64,000 bases of DNA, taken from Carcharhinus amblyrhynchos (lineage: Eukaryota). Of the stretch, positions 33,906-47,200 are shown one piece after another. The stretch lies in assembly GCA_965287045.1 (NCBI GenBank), contig OZ336903.1, forward strand, positions 496,001 to 560,000. Direction: 5' to 3'. Both the position numbers and the translations under genes were made by a program. The notes under the pieces are model-generated. The model was given only the letters and a program-made list of their open reading frames with translations. It was not told where the DNA came from and ran no database searches. Within the stretch, counting starts at the first letter, position 1, and each line of letters starts with the position of its first letter.

Positions 33906-35021
33906 GGTTTTAAGTGGGGGTAGTTTGATCCCTGGGGTCAAGGTGCTGCGGTGACAATTCACTCTCTGGCTTTAAACACTCTGCAATGCAGAGACTGGAG
34001 AGGAGTGTACACCAGGGGGCAGCATTGCAGCTTCTTCCCCCCATTGAAACTGGTATTGTTGCTCCATCTGCTGCACCATCCCCACCACATCCACCGGGGA
34101 CAATCTGGACAATGGGCTGCAGGGAGACCCATCGCTGGCGGCCATCTTGTATTGCCTGAATTCTGCTCTTCCATCTCATGGTCTTCTGGTCTTTTGAGTT
34201 TCACACTCACTGTTAGCAACAGATCCAACACTTCAAATTCCATTTGTATCAGGATGGCAAGATCTAGGGGTCTCCCCTCTTCTTCACTCATGGCATTAAT
34301 CATTTTGAAAAGTGAATTGGAAAATTATTTGAGGAAAAGCATCTTACAGGCACATAACTAAAAAAAAAATTGGATAAATAGACGAAAACAACACAGACAG
34401 TGACAAGCAGGAACTTGCACAGGAACGTACACAAGTGCATCCCGTGCACACAGGCAGACACATGTATAATTAAACACAGAGTGACTTACACAAGGGGATA
34501 GAGACACAGAAAGATCACTGCCACTCCTTAGGCCGATCATTCGTGTACTTAAGGCAGAAATTCCGAGAATAAGGATTAGAGAAAAAACATTTCTTATCGT
34601 TGAAAGGTGCTGGTTACCCCTCCGGGTAGGTGGTGATCCATCCCAAAGGAATGTTGTGAAACTTGAAAGTGAATGAGGAATAGGGGAAACACTCTGGGCA
34701 GGATTCGAACCGGGAGGCCCCCATATATTTCCAGTCCATCAGCTACCCATTGGGATACCGCTACACTGGGTCTATTCTAAACCATCAAACTGATCATCAT
34801 TCAAGACAATTCGAATAAACATCATCGCCATGACGTGGTTTCGATTTCTTATTTAAGATGTAAATCTGTGTTATCACTCTGCTGGTTTCACAGATCTATA
34901 TTTCCACATTTCAGCTCAATCTCATGAAAAACAAAAATGACAAATAAACTGATAATCCTGTGCATGCATCACGATGCTAATCATAGTGAGACCGTAATGG
35001 AATCCAATACAAAGACGACAC

Positions 35022-35238
35022 CATATAGAACATTACAGCGCAGAACAGGCCCTTCGGCCCACGATGTTGCGCCAACCAGTTAAAAAACAATGACCCTCTA
35101 ACCTAAACCAATCCCTTTCCATCCATAAACCTATCCACGGATCTCTTAAACGCCACCAAACTAGGCGTATTTACAACTGCAGCAGGCAGGGAATTCCAAT
35201 CCCTCACCACCCGCTGGGTAAAGAACCTATCCCTGACA
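35022..35238 (-). mobile_element. 3' end of the same LINE family, next to a (TA)n tract
   Basis: Close reverse-complement match to 48700-48925. Confidence 0.85.
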
Positions 35239-36394
35239 TATATATATATATATTATATATATATATATATATCTTCTCTAAAGGCGCTATATGAACGCAA
35301 GTTCTTACTGATTCAGCTCACATCATGTGTACTGGAACTCCCACCCACTAATTACCTGAACATCCGATGTACAAATTTGAATTGAATTCACGATTTTTCA
35401 CGCAAAGGTTTTGCTGTCTGTATTTATTATCAGGCCAGTTAGTGTTGGATTGAATTGCACTGAAAACGGTGCCTAAATGCTGAGGGTCCAGAAATATCTA
35501 GACCCAGGCAGTGTTTGGCTTCTGGGGTCAAGAGAGAAACAGAGTTAACGTTTCGAGTCCATGTGGCTGTTCCTTCATCAGAGGTAAAAATAGGATTTGG
35601 ATTTTATTGTAATTTCATCTCAATGACTTCTCTGCACGAATGAAATTTCCCAAAGGCCCCAAAAATATTCTGAACTTTCTTCTAAATCCATTGGCCATTC
35701 ACATTCAGAAACAAAAACCCAGATTTCCTTGCAGATTACTACATAGGAGGCTGAAAGTAAATTCACAATGCAACAGTGTCGTAAAAAAAAACGCACCTAC
35801 GGCACTGCAACAGCCCCTCAACCTTTCCCCTCTGTGGTCTTCTTGGAAATTCTGTGAGAGGAAATGAATACAACTTCCGGGAGGTTGTGCTCCAGATAGA
35901 TAATGCATCAGTGAGTCTACAACAGGAATATTGTGTACATTTATAGACTCCTTATTGAAGGAAATAATTAATTCTACGGGAAGGAGTTAAAAAAAAGTGT
36001 TCTGTGCTAATATCTGTAATGGACTGGTTACTGCTGCAGTAAGTTTGCAGAGACCCAGTTTGCATTCGCTGCAATTTATGACAGTAGGAAGCGATTTGAT
36101 CAAAACCGCTAAGATCCTGGAGGGTACTTAACGGTTAGATGTGGAAAGGATGTTCTCTCTTGCTGGAAATTTAGAACAAGGGGTCAATATTTGCATCAAG
36201 GTATCGCCCATTTAACGGACAATATTTATTTATTGTTGGACATTAAGCGATTAGTTAATGAATTCCTAATGTATACATTTCCCATTTCCTTGATTCCACC
36301 CAACATTACACCAGCATGTTTCTGAACTCTTACATGAATAACCTGATAATTCCACAATTTGACAGCGATTTGAAGCAATTTCACTGCTTCTTCA

Positions 36395-36890
36395 TCTCGC
36401 ACTCTCTCCTCCCACCGCTGTTGTCAGTGTGTCACTGCCTCTCTCTAGCACTCTCTCCTCCCACCGCTGGTGTCGGTGTGTCACTGCCTCCCTCTGGCAC
36501 TCTCTCCTCCCACCGCTGGTGACGCTGTCACTGACCTCTTCGCTCTGTCACTCTCTCATCCCACTGCTGGTGCCGCTGTGCTCCCCACTTCTCGCTCTGT
36601 CACTTTCTTTTCCCACCGGTGATGTTTCTCGTTCTCTCGATCTCCCACCCCAACCACGGCTGGTGTCACTGTCTCTCCAATTTTCGCCCTGTCCCTCTCT
36701 CCTCCAACCGCTTGAGTCGCTGTCTCTCCGGCTCTGTTCCTGTCCCTCTAACCTCCCACCGCTGATAGCTTTGTTTGTCCCTTCCCTCGGCCACTCACTC
36801 AAACCATCGCTGGTGGCACTGCGTCTCCCCCTCTCGCTCTGTCACTCCCCTCCCACAGCTGGCGTTTCTGTTCCTCCTCCTCCTTTCACC
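36395..36890 (+). repeat. Degenerate ~40-50 bp C/T-rich minisatellite
   Basis: CTCTCTCCTCCCACCGCTGGTG...TGTCACTG recurs. Confidence 0.8.
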
Positions 36891-37183
36891 CGCATGGTGG
36901 CACTGTGCTGAGCGCTGCTGCGAGACAGTGCCAAGGAAACGGGTTCAATTCCTGGCTTGGGTCATTTTCTATGCGAAGTTTGCATGTACTCCCCATGTCT
37001 GTGCGGGTTTCCCCCCGGTGCTCTGGTTTATTCCCACACTCAGAAAGATGTGCTAATGAAGGATTGGCCATGCTCAGTACTCACTCAGTGTACCCGAATA
37101 GGGGCCGCTGTGGCGACTGGAGGATTTGTGCAGTAACTTCATTGCAGTGTCAATGTAAGCCTACTCGTGATACGAATAAATAA
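36891..37183 (+). mobile_element. V-SINE-like SINE inserted into a minisatellite
   Basis: Head, core and tail ending AATAAATAAA; the repeat unit resumes at 37184. Confidence 0.85.
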
Positions 37184-37799
37184 ACTCTCTCCTCCAACCG
37201 CTGGTGCCACTGTCCCTGCAATTCCCTTTTCAACAACTTTATTGACAACGAGGCGTTGTGGACCTGACACAGCGGAATACAGCAAGCTCACACGGAGAAA
37301 AAAAAAGGCCAACGAAGTGGGCCGATATGTAAACATTTCCATCTTAATCTGCGCTCAGTAAATGGTGTCGGAATTCTCCAGTTTGATCACCATTTCCAAT
37401 ATTTATGTATTTATAAAATAACAGTCTTCAGCTCATTAATGTTTCTGTTTTAATGCCATAACTACCGAAGGATGGTTGGAATTGCCGGGCGATCGTACAG
37501 GGGCTTATCCGGAGGAAATGGAAACTAACGGATTACTGGATATTAAATCTTGTGGAATTAAAATGAAAAGGAGACATGGGAATCTGAGCAGCATCTTCAT
37601 ACCTCCCGCTACTCAACGGTCTCTATTGTTTAGGGTGGTGCTGGGATGTAATCGGATTGTATTTAGTTGCTAGGAAAGTGCAGCTGACACCCACCACCAC
37701 TACCCCACCACCATCCCAGCCCACCCCCGCCTCCGGGATGATCTAGAATATAACAAATGAAGAAAACTGAAGCAATCCATGCATTTATGCGCCCTAATC

Positions 37800-37805
37800 T
37801 TTATT
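37800..37805 (-). terminator. Polyadenylation signal of copy B
   Basis: TTTATT on the + strand, equivalent to 33052 in copy A. Confidence 0.6.
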
Positions 37806-38158
37806 TAATGGTATATGAAGCGAAACTTTACAAAATAAACGTCAAATCATTTTGACAAAATAGTTGTATAAAATCTTGAATGATAATAACGGTTCCGTTC
37901 CTCAATGCAATGCAATGTAACAACTTTAATATGGACAGTGCAATACTCGATACAAAATCCATGCTGTTTTTCATTATTAATTGAACAAAACGTTTACTCC
38001 TTCATATAAAACAAAGAAAGAAATAATAATTCACAAAATACACAACATGAAGTCATAACATATTGATACAAAAACAACTACGCATTTACGTGAGATTAAA
38101 GCATATTCGACGTGGCGATATTTGTGGAAAACTTAATGGGCGCCCCCATTGATTTAAG

Positions 38159-38205
38159 TCACATGTCTGAGGACGTCACATCCTGAATTTTGGGATGACT
38201 ATGAC
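38159..38205 (-). CDS. Copy B terminal coding exon [15 protein letters not shown]
   Basis: Matches the copy A terminal exon; stop conserved. Confidence 0.78.
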
Positions 38206-41200
38206 CTGAAACGGTAAAAGAAAAATGAGTGAGAATTACAACCATTTCCACAATCAGTTAAACACTACACAAGTACTTGTATTATATTCCAGTTCAACTG
38301 TTAGTTTCTTTCTATCAAATACACACTACACATTTTCTCTGATACTTTCAATGTAATGTACCACTGAAAATACTGCAGGAAATCACAAAGCAGAAACCAC
38401 GTGGGACAGGTCACATCCCTACACTGCGGCACTCCCATTGGAAAATCTCATAAAATACGGTTTAACATTATAATGTATATGTGTAAACTTCGGAAATGAA
38501 TGGTCACTGCCCAGTGTCCCTGCTTTGCCACAGAAATCTTTGTTATTCTGGGCTGGCGTGGAAGGAACCGATAAGATTGGATAAATGCGGATTTACTGTA
38601 CACTGTGGGGGGTAGACACATTTTTGGTGAACTTTGGGCTTAAAGTAGGTTTCTTGTTTAATACAATTCAGTGCATTCGCGACATGAACTAAACACAAAT
38701 GCCACATTATTCTTTGATCGGCTGCAGACCAGAGCGAGTATATTCCACACAAGAGGGCGGGAGACTGCTGTAATAATCAGAGGTGATAATCAATTCAGAA
38801 AGCAGTCACAGCATGGGACTCAATGAAGGAGATCAGAAATGACAGGGATTTCCTCACAGTATCCAGGAAATGTTAAATTTCAATCTACTTTGTTCATTAT
38901 TTTAGCAATCAATTAAACATTGCACTTTTGATTGGGTGAATTTTAATCGCAGATTGGAAACAGGTTTTCCCAGCCTCTCAGCTGGAGCGAGTTAATTAGA
39001 AATCAGGATTAATGCAGCTTCAGAAGCCTTGAATTTCGGGCCAAAAACAGAAGGCTATTCAGTGTGGCCTTGTCAGGAGCTTCGAGAAACAGGGAGTCAC
39101 AAGGGCTGAGTTTGAAGGAATGGTGTAATTTAATTTAAAGATTTGTTTCAATCTGAATATCGGTCTGAATCCAGATTGTTTTAAATTAATGAAAACAAAA
39201 TAAGGGCAGCACGGTGAGACAGTGGTTAGCACTGCGGACTCACAGCATCAGGGGTTTTCAATCACGGGTTTTCAATCCCCATCTCACTGTGTGAAGTTTG
39301 CATGTTCTCTCCGTGTCTGCGTGGGTTTCCCAGGGTGCTCCGGTTCACTCCACGGTCCAATGAAGTGCAGGTTGGGTTGATTGGCCATGCTAAATCGCCC
39401 CTTAGTGTTAGGCAGACGAGCAGGGACAATATTTAGGGCCTGGCGCGGAGGTGCCACTGATGGTGGGCTGATTTCGATCCTGTTGGGGTAATGGCTTCTC
39501 ATGTGATGGGAGTAACATCCCAATTCATTGCACCATATATGGCTCCATTGCACGAGATAGAAGCAGAAAGTGTGGGAATGCAATACTTATATGAGATTCA
39601 AATGTCAGGGAAATTGGAAGGCATTCCTTTGGCCGGAAACGATACTCCAGGCTGGAATGTTGCGCCCCTGGTGTTCGAGTCAAGGATTTCTCAGGGCAGT
39701 TGGGAGATATTCAGCAGGGGGCGCTGAAGAGCCACTTGCCGTGATTTGCATCGGTATTAATCAATTAAGTTAGAAAAAAAAACTAGATGCAAAAGCGGAT
39801 TATGGGGATAGGAAGTCAGTTGAAAATTATTACCTCAAATCTGGTGATTTCAGAGTTACTAACAGCTCCTCCTATTGGGCAAAGTTAATGTTGCTGGAAT
39901 ATCAGCTCAGTACCTGGCTGGGAATCTGGTGCTCTGGTGACGGATTTTAGATTCCTGGGACGTTGGGAGAGGTTCAGGGGGTGTGGGGGTGGCGGGGGGG
40001 GGGGGGGAGGGGAGGGGGGCGGTGGGGATGGGGGGGGTGAGATCAATACAAACTGAACGTGTTGTACCTGGCTGGGACGGGGAATGCTGTCCTGTGGTGA
40101 GTGTTTGATAGTGTGGTTAGGAAGGGATAAAACAGAATGACAAGTTGATGGGAACACAAACTGTGTGACATAGGAAAGAGAAACACGAGAAGCAATAATA
40201 AAGAGAGAACAGTAAGATGCAACATCGGAGTTCGGATAATCAATGACGAGAGGCAAATATAGTCATTGCACAAATACTGATTAATAACGGCAAAAGAAAC
40301 ATCGCTGCCATTATGTACATTGGTATTCGGTAGAATAAGAGGTTATCTCATTGAAACATAAGATTGTTATGGGGATCGACAGGATAAATGCTGAGAGGAT
40401 GTTGTCACCCCCTCCCCCACCCACCCACACATTAGAGATTCTAGCACCAGACTGCGCAGAATCAGAATGAAGGGTACCAACTTGAGACTGTAATTTGAAG
40501 TGTTTTTTTTCTCTCAACATGTTGTGAATCTTTGGAGCTCGTTGCCACAGATAGCTGTGGAGGCAGAGTCCTTGTGCACATTTAAGGCTGTGATTGGTAG
40601 ATCATTAATCAGTAAAGGAATGAAGGGATCCAGGGAAAGGGAAGAGAGTCAATATGATGAATGTCTGATTAGTCACGATCCACTGAGGGGCGGACCAGGG
40701 TCGAGGGGCTGAACGGCCTAATCCTGTTCCAATTTCTTATCAACTTATTGTGTACTGATCCCGGTCGACTGTTTCAGAAAATGAACAATCAAAGTTTTAT
40801 CTCACCCAGAGTGCTGAGATCACCGCTGGAACTTGTCAAAGTGAAGATACCGTCAGGGTCCCGGTTCAGCAGCAAGTGCCCACTCTGGGAGTCAATGTTT
40901 TCAGTCTCAGCGTCGTCATAGTCTGTCAAAGCAGGAGCTGACAGGTAAAAGTGTTTGAATTGAAATTAATCAGTAATAATGGACAGTTAGAACGATCTCC
41001 TTAAATATCTATTTCCACAGCAATTATGGAACAGATATTGATCTATTGTGGCGCGGAGACCAGTGAATTAGAGCATCGGAAATATTGGTCGAAATTGTGC
41101 TGTTTTCTTTTAATTTTAGTTCAAATTTATACTGTTCTAATGAGCCACCGATCCCACAAACCAGTGCACAATTCAGAGCCAAGAGAGGCTTCTGGGGAGA

Positions 41201-44200
41201 TACATGGTCATTCCAATTGTTCTGAATGATGGTAAAACATTGTTTCAGATTCAACGTTTCTGCAACTGAAATCATTCTGCAATATCTGAGCTATTTGGCG
41301 CTGTCATTTCATGGTGTGCACGTCATGCTGTACACGTTTAGAGATTTCAGAAGCTATTTTAGATATTACAGAGTGGAAAGGCCCAGAGGAAATGGTAGGA
41401 TGTGAACGTCGACCTACCCTGAATAGAGGAGGATTCCAGTTCAGGAAGTTCTGATCCAGGGTCCGTGTCTCCCAAACTGTGACTGGTGTAATATTCAATC
41501 TGATTGAAGGAGTCAATGCTTGAAGAAACTGGTAAACACAAAATAATTGGTTAGTTGGCAAGTTGTTTATCGAGCCATTGCGATGTTATCATGGCAGAGA
41601 GTGATTCAGAAAATCAGAGTAGAGATCACAACAACTTCATCTCCTCTGTGGAAATATCCTGGCATTTGATCCTGGCACCACTTTGGGCGGACTGTCCGCC
41701 GACTGACTGCAGTGGTCTAAAGTGAAGAACCAGCACTACGTTATTGGACAAAACATGTTACGCTGGCTCCGAAATGTCCAGTCCCTGAGGAGAGATAATG
41801 TGTGAGATATCAGTGAATGAGGAACATGCATTTTTAAAAAAAAACAATTACATCTGGGCGAGTGGACCGGCTTTTATGATCCAGAAACACTTTTCGCTGT
41901 CGTTTTACTCCCCAGCCTTTCATCATCAGAATTGAAAATCCACAGACTCATAGATCCCCTACCGTGCAGAGGGAGGCCATCTGACCCATAGAGGTTGCAC
42001 GGACAACACTTTCACCTCGGCTCTGTCCCCGCAGCCAAACATATGAACCCAACTTATCCCTCTGACCTCCACTAAGGGGCAATTTAGCATGGTCAATCAA
42101 CCGAATCATCTTTGGACTTTGGGAGGAAACCGGGACATCTGAAGGAAAGCGACACAGACATGGGTGGAAGGTGCAAACACTACACAGACTGTGATCCAAG
42201 CCAGGAAATGAACCCAGGCCCTGGAGTTGTGAGGCATTATTGCTAACCACTGTGCCACCGTGCCGTCAGCAATAATGAAAACGTCAGCTTTATTTTTTCT
42301 GTTGAAGTGCTGGGATGGAACAAGGATTTGGAAACGTTTGAGATACAGGAAATGCTGGAACTTACTGAAGAAAGAGCTGACAGGACACTGCCCCGCTCTT
42401 TGGTGTATGAGATGGCAGTTCCCTAATGAACGTTGGGCACGAGAAAAATACTTTCCTGATGTTTAGGCATCTACTCTGATGACGTTTGTGAGATTTTGAT
42501 TATGTTGATTATGTGAGGAATCCCAGCATGAAAGGTGCACTGACTTCTTCGTTTTGCTTTAATGTAAACATTTTCTGTTTTTCCTTTGGTCGAAATTCGA
42601 TTGGCTTTTCTCCAAATAATGTTCAGTAAACTGTTACCTATTTTACTCTCATTTTCCTTTTGTACGTTCCTAATCACAGCATCACTATTTGCTCTCCACC
42701 AGCAGTTTGGAATTACACACTTTATTAATGACTCGGTGAAAAGCTGCAATTCTGCTTCTGCTAGAATTTCCCTTTCATTGAAAATGGATGGATGAAAATG
42801 TCCGAATGAGTTTGATGCTTTAAGTTCATGTTTGTTTCTAACTGTTGATATCATTCCCATTCACATGATGTGAAGTCATGAACTTAAGTGTTATCTCTGG
42901 TATAAACTGAAATAAACAATTGATTAATATTTCTCTCATTTCATTATAGTGACTGTACAATCTATCCTTCGAAAACACCTGAAGTAAATTCTGAATTGGC
43001 CATTTTACTTTTATTTTGATTGAATATTTCGTTATGTTAGTTGACATTCCATTTTTCACTCATAAAGTAGTCCTCCTTTGCCAACTTAACAAATAACATC
43101 ATCACTTTTCTTTCCCCGATTCCAAATCTCGTTGGGCTCAGTTCACTACTCCACTGAGTCTAATACATTTCCGTGGTTGTTCTTCCTCGTTTGCATTGGC
43201 GATGCGCCCTTATATTGAATAGTTTGTTTTTTTTTGCTTTCTCTTGATATATTTTATCTTTGATTCGGTCCAAAAAAGGTGTTAAAAGCACCAATTTTAC
43301 AAAAAAAAACCTATTGCACTCCAGGAAATTCCCCAAATACTAATCTGCCCTGTAATTAGGCGCTGTGTATGTGGCCAGCAGGAATAAAGTATTGAGTGCA
43401 TTTACACATTCAATCAAATATTTCACTTATTATGATTTAGATCAGACTTTGATATGTGCAAGTTGCAAAACAGTTGGGAATTGGCAATAGCTACTCTGCT
43501 TTCTATTTTTAAACAGAAGGCAAAAATTTTCTTGAACAATAATGAGTATTGGTAATTTATAAAGCAAGCAAATACTCTGAAGATAAATAAAGACATTTAA
43601 AATGTTTCCTTTCTACAGGAGGACAGTGAGGTTAATGCTTCTCTTGACCATGGCTAAAAGGGTATAAACGTGAAGCGGTATTTTTCAATCCAGCTTGGGT
43701 TAAAACACACACAAACCTGAACCACGAGACTGAGTGTATAGCTTGGCGGGAGGAATATCATCTATTTCTTCATAGATGGCTTGATATATAACAGAAGTTG
43801 GATCCCAGCTCCCCGCGGCAGGTTCTGTTGGAGGAAGATCGGGGCAATTAGTATATTCTTACATTCTGGAATTATATTCCTGTTCATGATTTGTATTGAT
43901 TTCATATCTCATTCTCTGTAGAGGTTAGATTCGTACCAGGGTCCTGCAGAATTTACTTTGTTTCTCTGCATCATGAATCCAGTGATGATGGCACTGCCTC
44001 CATCACAGGGAACACTGAGGCGTTTAGAGACCAGTGAAAGTCAGCGCATAAGATTGGAATCAAGAAAACTCGCTGCGAGTTTAGACACTTGCAGTAGTTT
44101 TGTTTATCTGTGCAAAACTAGTGGTGCAAAAGGCAGGCATTCATCAGATTCCGTGGCCATGTTTTAACATGGAGCAGGTCAGTAACCCGTTACCAGAGGG

Positions 44201-47200
44201 GCGCCACTCCATACCAACCATGGCCGAACAGAGATATCTCCCGTTCTCACTGCCTTGTTGCCTTGGAATGATTTTACAGGAAGTGCTGACACTGGGTTCC
44301 TATTAAATCTTGGGACTGAACATGGAGCATCTTACTCAGAGAGCGGGACGCTATTTACCGGCATGAATCCTGTAATATTAGTGGGATAGTTTTGCTGGGA
44401 TGCAGTATTGGCATTGATAATTGTGGAAAATCATACCATCACGTACTGATGGGGAACTTGACACGGCAAAAAAATAACTCAGTGTTGGTTTCCAACCAAT
44501 TGTAAGTAGGAAGAAAATGCCAGTAGCTAAATAATTAATGAACGCGTTGGAACACGGGAATTAGGAGCGAGATTCGGCAATTCAGCCATTTGAGCCCGCT
44601 CCAAAGTTCTATATGATCATGCCTGATCTTATCTTGGTCTCAAATCCACAAACCTGCCTGCACCATTTTAGATTTATCCAACTTTCATTGAGACACATAC
44701 TTGTTTCTTTTCTTCAATCTACTGACTGATATTTGCTTTGCATTTAAATTCCTGCCCTTTTGCAGTAAATGCCAATATTCAAATTGTCGTTCTTACGAAA
44801 TGCTGCATTTGTACATTAACGTTCTGTCATTCATGCACAAGTGCACCCAGATGCCTCTGCATTGACAGACTTTGAATATGCTTCCCAGTTTAATAATCAT
44901 TTACCCTTTTGTTTTTTTCTCTCTGCGAACATGTTTGACCACAAATGTATCCATATGATCTCCATCTGTGACATTCTGGTCCTTTGTCCTCGCCTGTCAA
45001 TATCCATCTGTAAACTCGGTAATCTCATGAGGGCCTGCTTTCCCACTCATCTTTGGTTCATCTGCAAATCTTGTCGTGTTTCACTCTGGCCCGAATCACA
45101 GGTCAGTTATATCAGTTGTAAACTGTTGAAAACTGAATACTGCGTCATCCCTGCTATTACATTTTGCTCTCTATCCAGAGAAGGAGCCTTTTACCCCTAT
45201 CCTGTGCTTTGTCTCATTCAACTAATCCCCTATCCAAGCCAACGTTCTGTGCCCAGCTTCTGGGATCTAACACTCTTGCCCAATGCCATCAAGAATCTAG
45301 ATGTGCCATATCCACGTGATGCCCAACATCCACCTCGCGATTCAAACCCTCAAAAAAAATGAGCAAGTTTGTCAGGCACAAGTTGTCCTTCACTAAATCG
45401 TGCTGACTCTGGAGAATTCCGCTTTGTTTTCCATTGATCAGTTATCTCCTGCTTAATGACTGACTGCAACAACTTCCCAACAGAGGGGTCAAAACAAGTG
45501 GTCTACAGTTTGCCTTTTTTATGCCTCTGCTTTTTCTTGAATGAAAGTGTCATACCAGCGTGTTTCCAATCCACTGATATCTTTCCAGAATCTCGGAAAC
45601 AATGAAATAACAAAACTACATCTACTATATCTGCTGCCACCTCCTTTTCCAAAAGTGTGCCGGTCATTAGAGATCAATTTGTTGCATTAAAAAATCCAGT
45701 TCCGCATCCCATGCACTGGTGGATTGAGCAGGAATATGAATGTAGATAACTCCCTCATTTATAGTAATATTTTACTGTTTCTCATGTGACTCAAAATAAA
45801 TTACTGGTCAATACTCAGTTAATTTGTTTTTTGAAATGTATTCAAGTCATTCTATGTAAATCGGCAAAGAAGCCCCTCTGATGTATGAAGCAACATCCAT
45901 GACTCAGCGTGGGTTCAGGGATATGATTCGGGCCTTACCTTTTATTGATGATCTTCTCTGCATTACTGCCAAAAGGGCGATGAACTCACAGATCAACAGG
46001 ACACCGAGTGATATGCAGATCACCAGAGGGATGGAGGTGCTTTCATCTTCATATCCTTGATGAAAGATTCAAGGAATTTTCTTAGATAAAGTGTCCACAA
46101 TGTTTTAAACACTTACATGATTATCAAACACTCAGACTGTCGGTAGAAATTGACAAAAAAGGCAATACAAATGTGTGGCAACTATTAATCCTAATGTAAA
46201 ATGAGCCGTAATAGTGATTGATATTTATTACTGAGACATACCTGAAGGTGTGGGTGGAACAGTCGGAGATAATTCCGGACCTGATGAAGATATGGTAAAA
46301 GGGAGACAAGTAGTTGCATTGTTGGTCAGAAAGACATTTGAAAACATGAATTAACTTCAGCCAAAATGGGCGAAAAACGTCACACAGTCCCAAAGCACAC
46401 CGCTCAATGGGACACTTACCGGAACAAATCACACTGGCATCTTCCTTGTGATCACAGTCAGAATGAGCGAATGATGAAGGGCAGTCCAACAGAAAGGATT
46501 CACTTCCGGTGCACATCACCTCATCCAGCCAGATAGTACCGTTACCCTGCCCAAAAGCGGCCCCTCCTGTGGCCTCGAGAGCAGAGCCACAGCCCAGCTG
46601 TCTGCAGACAACACTGGCATCGTTCATATCCCAGGAATCGTCACACACCGTGCCCCAGGTTCTATTACACCATATCTCCACTCTCCCGGAGCAGATGTTG
46701 TTACCTCCAGCCAAGCGCAAACTTGGTCCTGAATTTGTTAAAGATAATAAATAAATTATTAAATTTGATGTAGCACAAGAGAGGAATACAATCAGATTGC
46801 TGGTTTATTAAAGTTGGGAAAACACCTGATTCTCGCTCGCAGCTTTTCACAGTTTCCTCCTCTTGCTTCGGTGTCCCTCGCTCTGTTGATAAGACAAACA
46901 TGTTGACTCCATGAGCTACATCAATATTTCAAATCACACCTGTAAGCAGAATGACTGATTGTGTTACCTGAACAAACGACACCTGCATCTTCCCAATGAT
47001 CACAGTCGTGTTGACCCCACGGGTTTGCCTGGCACTGCCAAAGTGTCGACTCGTGTGAAAGGCATTTCATCTCATCCAACCAAATCGGTCCGGATCCTAC
47101 TCCGAATGAACGAGCATAATAGTCGATGGAAACGATTGTGCCACAACCTAACTGTTTACAGATCACTGCTCCATCATCTGAATCCATGTTTACAGCGCAA

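Noticed and set aside
46124-46419. Read-through of SRCR exons into introns as secreted isoforms
   Set aside because: Extension lengths differ between copies and canonical donors are present; no sequence support for intron retention.
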